A stretch of DNA of 64,000 bases from Gemmatimonadota bacterium (lineage in GTDB: Bacteria > Gemmatimonadota > Gemmatimonadetes > Longimicrobiales > Gaopeijiaceae), in NCBI GenBank assembly GCA_034521595.1, contig JAXHMG010000003.1, positions 832,001 through 896,000 of the forward strand. The letters are read 5' to 3'. The position numbers and the translations under genes are program-made. Position 1 is the first letter of the stretch; every line of letters begins with the position of its first letter. The notes under the pieces are model-generated. The model saw only the letters and a program-made list of their open reading frames with translations, was not told the DNA's origin and ran no database searches. This document shows positions 39,662 to 47,127 of this stretch, piece after piece.

Positions 39662-40692
39662 CGAGCTTAGCAGCCCGTGGCAGAAGTCTGGTGGCCCGGA
39701 CCCGTGCTGCGCCCGGGTGCCCCGGGAGCGGCACGGCCCGCGATCCTATGGCGGAGTCCCGAAGGCGTAGCCGTAGCTACGTCGAGGGGCTCCAACGACG
39801 GGGGGCACCCGCGCCCGGAGGGCGTGGGTCGGGCCGTGCCGCCCCGGGCACCGCCGCGCCAGCGGTGGTCCGAAGGGCACGAGGGGACCAACGCTATCGC
39901 GTCGGTGCCCGCGGCCGCATGCGGCGTTGGCTCCTTTCGCCGATGCTACGGCATCGCCTTCAAGAAGCCGCCTTGCCTGCGGCGCGCAAGACCCTCGTGC
40001 GCGGGCCACCAGACTTCTGCCACGGGCTGCTAGTGCTGGTGGCGGTGTTGGTCCTGGGAGCTCCGGGGCTGGGAGCCGCGCAGGTCGGTGACTCGCTGAC
40101 GATCGCTCGCCTCCAGTATGGAGGTGGAGGGGATTGGTACGCGAACCCGTCGTCGCTCCCCAATCTCCTGGCGGCCGTTCGTGAGCGGACCGGCATCGTC
40201 ACGGCCCGTCGTGAAGCCGACGTGGAGCCGCTCGATCCGTCGCTTTCGGATTTCCCCTACCTCTACATGACGGGCCACGGTGAGGTGCGGTTCACGCCCC
40301 AGGAACGCGCGGCCCTCCGCACGTACCTGACGTCCGGAGGGTTCTTGCACGCGGACGACAACTACGGGCTGGACGAGTCGTTCCGCCGCGAGGTCGCCGC
40401 GTTGTTCCCCGATGCCGAGCTCACCGAGATTCCGCCGGACCATCCGGTCTTCCGTGCCTATTACGAGTTCCCGGACGGCTTGCCCAAGATCCACGAGCAC
40501 GACGGAGCCCCGCCCCAGGCGCTCGGGATCTTTCACGGAGGCCGGCTGGTGGTCTTTTACTCGTTCGAGTCCGATCTGGGTGACGGGTGGGAGGACCCGG
40601 ACGTGCACGGCGATCCTGCTGAGGTGCGTGAGGAGGCCCTGCGCATGGGTGTGAACCTCTTCGTGTATGTTCTCGGCCAGGAGGCTTCGTGA
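39658..40692 (+). CDS. DUF4159 domain exported protein carrying an in-frame 121-codon insertion near its start
   Basis: RLQYGGGGDWYANPSSLPNL, PYLYMTGHG, GGFLHADDNYG, GLPKIHEHDG, DLGDGWED; ATG overlaps the rsmI stop (ATGA). Confidence 0.88.
   Translation: MTSLAARGRSLVARTRAAPGCPGSGTARDPMAESRRRSRSYVEGLQRRGAPAPGGRGSGRAAPGTAAPAVVRRARGDQRYRVGARGRMRRWLLSPMLRHRLQEAALPAARKTLVRGPPDFCHGLLVLVAVLVLGAPGLGAAQVGDSLTIARLQYGGGGDWYANPSSLPNLLAAVRERTGIVTARREADVEPLDPSLSDFPYLYMTGHGEVRFTPQERAALRTYLTSGGFLHADDNYGLDESFRREVAALFPDAELTEIPPDHPVFRAYYEFPDGLPKIHEHDGAPPQALGIFHGGRLVVFYSFESDLGDGWEDPDVHGDPAEVREEALRMGVNLFVYVLGQEAS
39750..39797 (+). repeat. 48-nt structured hairpin motif, copy 1
   Basis: GGCGGAGTCCCGAAGGCGTAGCCGTAGCTACGTCGAGGGGCTCCAACG; 35/48 identical to the reverse complement of 39925-39972. 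Confidence 0.85.
39925..39972 (-). repeat. 48-nt structured hairpin motif, copy 2 (inverted)
   Basis: Minus strand reads GGCGGCTTCTTGAAGGCGATGCCGTAGCATCGGCGAAAGGAGCCAACG; differences from copy 1 preserve pairing. Confidence 0.85.
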
Positions 40693-43600
40693 GCAGGCCG
40701 GCGGACGCGCTTAAGGCGCGGGTCGGAGCCGTGAGGCGGTACCTGTACCGCCGCTCGGTGCTCGCGGCGGGCATCTGGGTTGCTTCCGGCGTCCTGACGG
40801 TCTGGGCGGTCGCGTGGTTGTGGGCGGGTGATGGAGGATGGCGGCCGGGGAGCGTCGGCCCGTTGGTGTTGGATGTCGCGATCGTCCTGTGGCTCCTCGG
40901 TGGGGCGTACGCATTTCGACGTGTCGTCGACCGTTGGCTGCGAGAGGACCGCCTGGCCCACGCGATCGAGCGGGCGGCCTCGCTGCCCGCCGGAGAAGTG
41001 CGTGGCACTCTCGAGCTCGGCAGGGCGATGCCGGAAGGGGTTTCGCCGCGGTTGGCGGCGAGGGCCACCGAGCGGGCCGAGGAGGGACTCCGCAGCTTCG
41101 GGACCTCCGAGCTGTCCGGATCGTTGGGACGCGACGTGAACCTCTGGATCCGGCGCGGGTGGGGCGGGCTCTTTGGGGCCACCTTGGTGCTCGTCGCCCT
41201 CACGGCTCTCGCCCCCGCACGCTCGCTCCAGGCGTGGAGCGGGCTCGCGACGCCGTTGCGCGTCTTGTCGGGGCCGACGCTCCCGCCACTCCAGGTCGAG
41301 CCCGGCCACGCCGAAGTGATGCGCGGTGCAGACGTATCGATCCGGGTGCGAGCCGAAGGACGCCGGGAGGTCGAGCTCCGGTGGCAGGGCGTGGGCGACG
41401 TCGCGCATTCCGAGTCGGTCGAGGTCGATCGTGGGTGGGCCGACTACGAGTTGCGCGGCGTCGCCGTGCCGACGGAGTACCGCGTCCATGGCGATGCGGG
41501 GACGACTTCGGAGCGGTATGTCATCACGCCCGTGGATCCGCTCTTCGTGGGCGATTTGCGCATCGAGCTGGATTTTCCGTCGCATACCGGACGGGCCGCG
41601 GAGGAATACCGGGGCGCGGCACCGCCGCTCCAAATTCCCGAGGGCACACGCATCGCGTTCGACGGGCGGGCGAACCGTCCCCTCAGCACGGCGACATTGA
41701 CGGACTCCGTGGGTGTGGCGGAGGTGGAGCTCGCGATCGACTCAGCAGAGTTCGACGGAAGGTGGACGCCCGAGACGAGCGGCCGGTACACGTGGCTGTT
41801 CCGGGACAGTGGGGGCGAGGCGCCGGCGGACGTTCCGCCGCCGATCGAGCTGGTCGTCCAGGCCGACCAGGTCCCGTTCGTCGAGATCACATCTCCCGCC
41901 CGAGACACGGTGCTGTCGAGCGACCTGAGTCAACGCTTGGCCATCGAGGCCGGAGACGACCACGGGTTGGCCGAGCTGGAGTTGGTGGCGCACCGGGTGA
42001 CTGCGCTGGGAGAACACCGGGAGCCGGTCGTGCAACGTTTCGACCTGGGCGAGACCCGGTTCGCGACTGCGCGCCCCGTCCTCGACTTCTCGTCATGGGG
42101 CTTGATGCCGGGCGACGAGGTGCGTTACTCGGCGCGTGTGGCCGACAACGCCCCCGATGCCCAGTGGGCCGAGACCGGGGAACGGGTGCTCCGCATGCCT
42201 TCCGCGAGCGAGCTCCGCCGGGACGTGGAGCGGGCCTTCGGAGACGCGGCCGAGCGGCTTTCACAGCTCAGAGAAGCGGCGGAGGCCGAGGCGGAAGGGA
42301 ACCGTCAGGAAGCCCGGGAACGAACGCTGGGCTCAGGTGCTTCCCGAGCAACCGGCCAGCGACAGCGCAGTGGCGCCGATACGGATTTCGACGAGCGTGA
42401 AAGCCTGAGGCGGGCGGTGGAAGAGCAAGAGCGGATGACCGCGGCCGTCGATTCGCTCGGCGCCGACCTCGAGGCGATGGAGCGGCGGATGGAGGAGGTG
42501 GGGCAGGCCGATCCGGAGCTGCGTGGGCAGATGCGGGAGCTGCAGGACCTGTTGGACCAGGTCGCCGGCGAAGATCTGGAATCCCGCACGGAGCGTCTTT
42601 CCGAGGCCATCGAACAGGGAGACGTGCGAGGGGCGGAGCGCTCGCTTCAGGAGCTCTCGGAGGAGCAGGAGCGGTTCCGGGAGCGGTTGGAGGAGTCGCT
42701 CGAGCGGTTCCGGCGTGCCGCGGTCGAGCAGGATTTCAGCGCGAGTCGGAACGAAGCGGAGGACCTGGCCAGACAGGAGCGGGCTCTCGCGGACGCCATG
42801 AGGGAAGACGGCACTACCGAGCTCAGGGCCGAGCAACAGGAAGGGCTCGCGGAACGTGCCGAAGAGCTCGACGCGCGGCTGGACCGGCTGGAGGAGCGAC
42901 TGCGCGAGATCGGAGAAGAGGGCGCCGCCGAAGGGGTGCGGGAAGCGGGCGCTCGTGCCGAGCAGGCCAGAGCCGAGATGAGCGAGGTCGGCCGGAATGC
43001 GGACGAGGGGCGGGCTGAGGAGGCTTCCAGCCGGGCCGAGCGGGCCTCCGAGCGGTTGGACGAGGCGGGGCGCGAGCTGAGGCAGGCCCAACAGGACATG
43101 GCCATGGAGCAGTTGACACGGATGCGCAGGGCGCTCGAGCGAACCGCGGATGACGCGCTTTCGCTCGCTCGCCGTCAGACGGGGCTCCGCCTGGAGATGA
43201 GGGGGGCGACTCCGGACGAATTGCGCGGCATGCGCTCCGACGAGAGGACGCTCCTGCAGGGCATGGAGAACGTGGCCGACAACCTCCGGGTCGCCACCGA
43301 CGGTCAGGTGCCCGGGGGGCGCGAGATCTCGGAGCAGATGGGACGGATCATGGAGTCGTTCGAGCGCACGCTCGCGTCGATGGAGCGACCACGAAGCATG
43401 AACGGATCACCGGTGGCCGCGTCGGAACGGGTGGTCGGGGACCTCAACGAGCTCGCGCTCATGGCTCTACGGTTCGCGGAGCAGATGGGTCAGGCCGGTG
43501 AAGAGCAGGGTCGGCAGCAGGAGGGTGCGGAGCAGGAAAGGCAGCAAGCGATGCAGCAGGCGCTGGAAGAGCTCGCCCAACAGCAAGGCGACCTGGTGAA

Positions 43601-44096
43601 CCAGGCCGGCCAGATCATGCCCATGCAGCTGGGAGAGCAAGCGCTGTCCGAGCAGCTCCAAGAGATGTCCGACGGTCAGCAATCCGTTTCGGATCAGCTC
43701 GGTGAGCTCTCCGATCAGCCGGCTTCCGAGGGCGCGTTGGGTGACCTGGAGCAACTCGCCGGGGAGGCTCGGGAGGTGGCCGAATCACTGGCGGAAGGTC
43801 GGCTCGATCCGGAGACGGCGCAGAGGCAGGAACGCCTGTTCCACCGACTCCTCGATGCAGGTCGGTCACTGGAACGCGACGAGGTTTCGGAGCAGCGCGA
43901 GTCGGAAGCGCCGACCGGTTTCGAGCGCGGGACCGTGATGCCGCTCGAAGATGGGCAGCTCGGGGTCCTCGAGTTCGGGATGCCGAGCGCCGAGCAGCTC
44001 CGGGAGCTGCCTTCGGCGGTTCGCCGTATGATTCTCGATTATTTCGAGCGTCTGAATCGGGTGCCATCGGCTCCCGACGACGGGGGTGCGTCGTGA
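40689..44096 (+). CDS. DUF4175-like large membrane-anchored protein (TM helices, beta domains, long Q/E-rich coiled coil)
   Basis: About 3 N-terminal TMs, beta-rich region (AGDDHGL, PGDEVRY..RVADN), about 600 aa coiled coil, QERLFHRLLDAGRS...YFERL end. Confidence 0.75.
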   Translation: MSRPADALKARVGAVRRYLYRRSVLAAGIWVASGVLTVWAVAWLWAGDGGWRPGSVGPLVLDVAIVLWLLGGAYAFRRVVDRWLREDRLAHAIERAASLPAGEVRGTLELGRAMPEGVSPRLAARATERAEEGLRSFGTSELSGSLGRDVNLWIRRGWGGLFGATLVLVALTALAPARSLQAWSGLATPLRVLSGPTLPPLQVEPGHAEVMRGADVSIRVRAEGRREVELRWQGVGDVAHSESVEVDRGWADYELRGVAVPTEYRVHGDAGTTSERYVITPVDPLFVGDLRIELDFPSHTGRAAEEYRGAAPPLQIPEGTRIAFDGRANRPLSTATLTDSVGVAEVELAIDSAEFDGRWTPETSGRYTWLFRDSGGEAPADVPPPIELVVQADQVPFVEITSPARDTVLSSDLSQRLAIEAGDDHGLAELELVAHRVTALGEHREPVVQRFDLGETRFATARPVLDFSSWGLMPGDEVRYSARVADNAPDAQWAETGERVLRMPSASELRRDVERAFGDAAERLSQLREAAEAEAEGNRQEARERTLGSGASRATGQRQRSGADTDFDERESLRRAVEEQERMTAAVDSLGADLEAMERRMEEVGQADPELRGQMRELQDLLDQVAGEDLESRTERLSEAIEQGDVRGAERSLQELSEEQERFRERLEESLERFRRAAVEQDFSASRNEAEDLARQERALADAMREDGTTELRAEQQEGLAERAEELDARLDRLEERLREIGEEGAAEGVREAGARAEQARAEMSEVGRNADEGRAEEASSRAERASERLDEAGRELRQAQQDMAMEQLTRMRRALERTADDALSLARRQTGLRLEMRGATPDELRGMRSDERTLLQGMENVADNLRVATDGQVPGGREISEQMGRIMESFERTLASMERPRSMNGSPVAASERVVGDLNELALMALRFAEQMGQAGEEQGRQQEGAEQERQQAMQQALEELAQQQGDLVNQAGQIMPMQLGEQALSEQLQEMSDGQQSVSDQLGELSDQPASEGALGDLEQLAGEAREVAESLAEGRLDPETAQRQERLFHRLLDAGRSLERDEVSEQRESEAPTGFERGTVMPLEDGQLGVLEFGMPSAEQLRELPSAVRRMILDYFERLNRVPSAPDDGGAS

Positions 44097-45865
44097 GGGT
44101 GCGTCGGACCGTGGGATCGATCGCCGCCGGACTCGTGGTCGTGCTGTGCTTGGGTGCCGCGCCCTCCCCGGCGGGTGGACAGGCGAGCGGTGAAGGGGAG
44201 ACGAACCGCCTCGTGCGGGAGGCGGCGGTTCTGGAAGCGAACGGTGACCTCGTCGGAGCCGAATCTTTGCTCCGCCGCGCGCTCGATCGGGCGCCGGACG
44301 CCACCGGTGCCGTGTTCGCCCTCGAGCGGGTGCTCCGCGCTCAGGACGACTCGGAGGAGATAATCCCCGTTCTGGAGGAGTATCTCGGGCGCAACCCGTC
44401 ATCCGGCGAAGTTCGGGCGCTGAAGCTGCGCGTCCTGGTCGAGGTGGATTCCGTCGATGCGGTCAGGCGCGAGGCGGACGCATGGATCGACGAGGATCCT
44501 TCGTCCGCGACGTACCGTTCTTTGGCGGAACTGTACGAGAACGCCTTCGGGCCGGCCGAGGCGCTCGCTCTGCTCCGAAAGGGCCAGGACGAGGTCGAGG
44601 AGGGCGACGCCTTGGCGCTCGAGGTCGGTGACCTGGCGGCCCGCCTGGGTGACCGGGACGAGGCGATCCGGCAATGGACACGGGGGGTGGGCGACGACGG
44701 TGCTCGAGTGGCAGCGGTGGCGCGGCGCTTACGAGGCCTCCCCGACCCACGGGACGACGCCGTGCAGGCGGTGCTGAGCTCGCTGTCCGAATCGCCCATC
44801 TTTGCGCGCCGGCGTGCCGCTGCTTTGATGGCTCTCGAGCTCGGCATGGAAGCCGAGGCGCTGGCGCTCGGTCGCGAGGTGGCTGATGAGCTGGGGACAC
44901 GGGCGCGCAACCGCTTCCTCACCGAGGTGGCGGAACGGGCACGGGAACGGGCGCTCGGGGGCGTAGCGGTGTGGGCGTTCGGGGAGCTCGCTGCCGACGC
45001 GGATATACCGACGGAGCGTAGATCTTTCGACCAGCGCTTGGTGGAGGTGGCGTTGGCCACTGGGGACTCGACCGCGGCATTCGAGGCCCAGTCTCGCATC
45101 GCGCAGTCCCACCCGGAGGAGTCGCCCGAACGGCGGACGGCCGCGGCTCGGGCGCTTCGGTTGGGGATGTCGGTTCTGGACGCCGACGCACTACGCCGTG
45201 CATTCGAGGAGTTCGAGAAGGCCTACCCGACTGCGGCGGAGATGGACGGATTGGCCGCCGGAGTCGCCCGAAGCCTCCGGGCGCGAGGCGATGCGGAGGC
45301 GGCCCTGTCCGTGCTGGCGCCTGCCCGAGGCCCGGAGAGCAGGGTGGAGCGTGCCTACCTTCTCCTCGGAGAGGGTAGGACCGAGGAAGGGCGGACGGTC
45401 CTGTCGGAGGCCGTCGAAGGGCTTCCTCCCTCAGAAGCCACGGAGGTGATCCGCCTCATGGGGCTCCTCGGGCGGCTTCCGAGTCGGGCCGCCTCCGTGC
45501 TCGGGCAGGCGGCTGCCGAAGCACGCACGGGACGCATCGACGAAGCGGTCGGGCTCCTGGAGGAGGCGGCCGACGGTCTCGATGAGGACGGACGGGCCAC
45601 GCTCTTCGCCCATGGGGCCCGGATGGTCGAAGATGCGGGCTATCCGGACCGTGCTGCGACGGTGCGCGAACGGTTGATGGACGAACATCCTGATCATCCG
45701 GCGACGTCGGCCGCCGCGTTGGCGCTCGCCCGGTACTACGCGGGGCGGGAAGGCGGTGTGGACCGGGCGGTCACGCTCCTCGAGGAGCTCATCTCGTCCC
45801 GGCCCAACGGGGCCATCGTCCCGAACGCACGCGCCGAGCTCGACCGCATCCGGAGGGCGCCATGA
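44093..45865 (+). CDS. Exported tetratricopeptide-repeat protein
   Basis: Signal peptide, repeated Ala/Leu-rich helical pairs, C-terminal LEELISSRPNGAIVPNAR. Confidence 0.75.
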   Translation: MRVRRTVGSIAAGLVVVLCLGAAPSPAGGQASGEGETNRLVREAAVLEANGDLVGAESLLRRALDRAPDATGAVFALERVLRAQDDSEEIIPVLEEYLGRNPSSGEVRALKLRVLVEVDSVDAVRREADAWIDEDPSSATYRSLAELYENAFGPAEALALLRKGQDEVEEGDALALEVGDLAARLGDRDEAIRQWTRGVGDDGARVAAVARRLRGLPDPRDDAVQAVLSSLSESPIFARRRAAALMALELGMEAEALALGREVADELGTRARNRFLTEVAERARERALGGVAVWAFGELAADADIPTERRSFDQRLVEVALATGDSTAAFEAQSRIAQSHPEESPERRTAAARALRLGMSVLDADALRRAFEEFEKAYPTAAEMDGLAAGVARSLRARGDAEAALSVLAPARGPESRVERAYLLLGEGRTEEGRTVLSEAVEGLPPSEATEVIRLMGLLGRLPSRAASVLGQAAAEARTGRIDEAVGLLEEAADGLDEDGRATLFAHGARMVEDAGYPDRAATVRERLMDEHPDHPATSAAALALARYYAGREGGVDRAVTLLEELISSRPNGAIVPNARAELDRIRRAP

Positions 45866-47127
45866 CTACCCCGAACGTGCTCCGTGTAGTGCTCGTCCTG
45901 TTGTTCCTGGCCATGCCGGGAGCCGTGGCGGCCCAGTCGCTACTCGTGCCCATGGACCGAGAGCAACGTGATCACCTGAAAGCCTACGGCCTGACCCACT
46001 GGGCGCTCGAGCGGGAGCTGAGCGCGGAGTGGCTGCTAAACTACAGGAGCGGCTCGTTCCTGTTTCCGGACCACGAGGAGCTGCGCCGGGAAGCGGCGTT
46101 GCGGGGCGTGACCCTGGAGGAGGTCGACGTCGCGGCCGTGTCACGGATCCGGTCGACCATCGAATCGTCCAACATGGAGGCGATTCCCTTGGAGCGAGCG
46201 CCTCGAATCGCGGTGTACACCCCGCCGAACTCGTCTCCGTGGGACGACGCGGTGACGATGGCGCTCGAGTACGCGGACATCGAGTACGAGACGATCTGGG
46301 ATCCCGAGGTCCTCACCGAAGACCTTTCCCGCTACGAATGGATCCACCTCCATCACGAGGACTTCACCGGGCAGTACTCGAAGTTCTACCTGACGTATTC
46401 GGGCGCGCCCTGGCTACAGGACGAGGTGGCCCGCAACCAGGAGGTGGCCGGGGAGCACGGTTATCCGAACGTGCCGGCGCTCAAGAAGGCCGTCGCCGAG
46501 CGGATCCGAGCATACGTCGAGAACGGGGGGTTCCTGTTCGCGATGTGCTCCGCGACCGAGACCCTGGAGCTGGCGCTGGCCGCGGGGCCGGTGGACATCG
46601 CGGCCGCCTATGCCGACGGGACGCCGCCCGATCCGGATGCGTCGGCCAGAATGGACTGGGATCGGGCGATGGCCTTCACCGATGCGGAAGTGCACGTGGC
46701 TCCGACCGTCAACGCGTTCTCGGACATCGACGGCCACCAGGTGAACACGCCTTGGCGCGAAGCTCTCGGGGCATTCACGCTCTTCGACTTCTCCGCGAAG
46801 CTCGATCCGGTTCCGTCAATGCTGACGCAGAGCCACGAGTCGATCCTGCCGGATTTCTACGGCCTGACCACGTCGTTTCGCCAGGACCGGTTGAAACCGG
46901 GGGTGATCGTGCTCGCCGAAGAAGGACCGTGGGCCAAGTACGTGCACGGAAATCTCGGCGAGGGAACGTTCACGTACTTCGGTGGACACGACCCCGAGGA
47001 TCCCGAGCACCAGATCGGCGACGCGCACATCGATCTCTCGCTTCATCCGAACTCGCCGGGATATCGCTTGATCCTCAACAACGTGCTCTTCCCAGCGGCG
47101 AGGAAGCAGACTCTGAAGACACAGTGA
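45862..47127 (+). CDS. Conserved exported protein, possible class-I GATase-like fold (family often labelled 'asparagine synthetase B')
   Basis: Signal peptide AVAA-Q; LLVPMD..Q.DHLKAYG, WLLNYRSGSF, WIHLHHEDFTGQY, GGFLFAMCSATE, GGHDPED, GYRLILNNVLFPAA; no AsnB N-terminal Cys. Confidence 0.7.
   Translation: MTTPNVLRVVLVLLFLAMPGAVAAQSLLVPMDREQRDHLKAYGLTHWALERELSAEWLLNYRSGSFLFPDHEELRREAALRGVTLEEVDVAAVSRIRSTIESSNMEAIPLERAPRIAVYTPPNSSPWDDAVTMALEYADIEYETIWDPEVLTEDLSRYEWIHLHHEDFTGQYSKFYLTYSGAPWLQDEVARNQEVAGEHGYPNVPALKKAVAERIRAYVENGGFLFAMCSATETLELALAAGPVDIAAAYADGTPPDPDASARMDWDRAMAFTDAEVHVAPTVNAFSDIDGHQVNTPWREALGAFTLFDFSAKLDPVPSMLTQSHESILPDFYGLTTSFRQDRLKPGVIVLAEEGPWAKYVHGNLGEGTFTYFGGHDPEDPEHQIGDAHIDLSLHPNSPGYRLILNNVLFPAARKQTLKTQ

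Larger units (their letters stand above)
39670..40030. mobile_element. MITE-like non-autonomous element, 361 bp, 29-bp perfect TIRs, TA flanks
   Basis: GCAGCCCGTGGCAGAAGTCTGGTGGCCCG (39670-39698) is the exact reverse complement of 40002-40030; TA at 39668-39669 and 40031-40032; no transposase inside. Confidence 0.85.

Noticed and set aside
39677-40033. Short ORFs inside the MITE-like element (39677-40033 +, 39667-39891 -, 39746-40009 -) as a possible transposase
   Set aside because: Too short, with no DDE or HUH motifs; the shared GHQTSATGC ends merely reflect the TIR symmetry.
46029-47123. Apparent 365-aa N-terminal extension of the 1240-aa DinG ORF
   Set aside because: Out-of-frame overlap with the real 45862-47127 gene; low-complexity R/G/A sequence. 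The true start is most likely the GTG at 47124.
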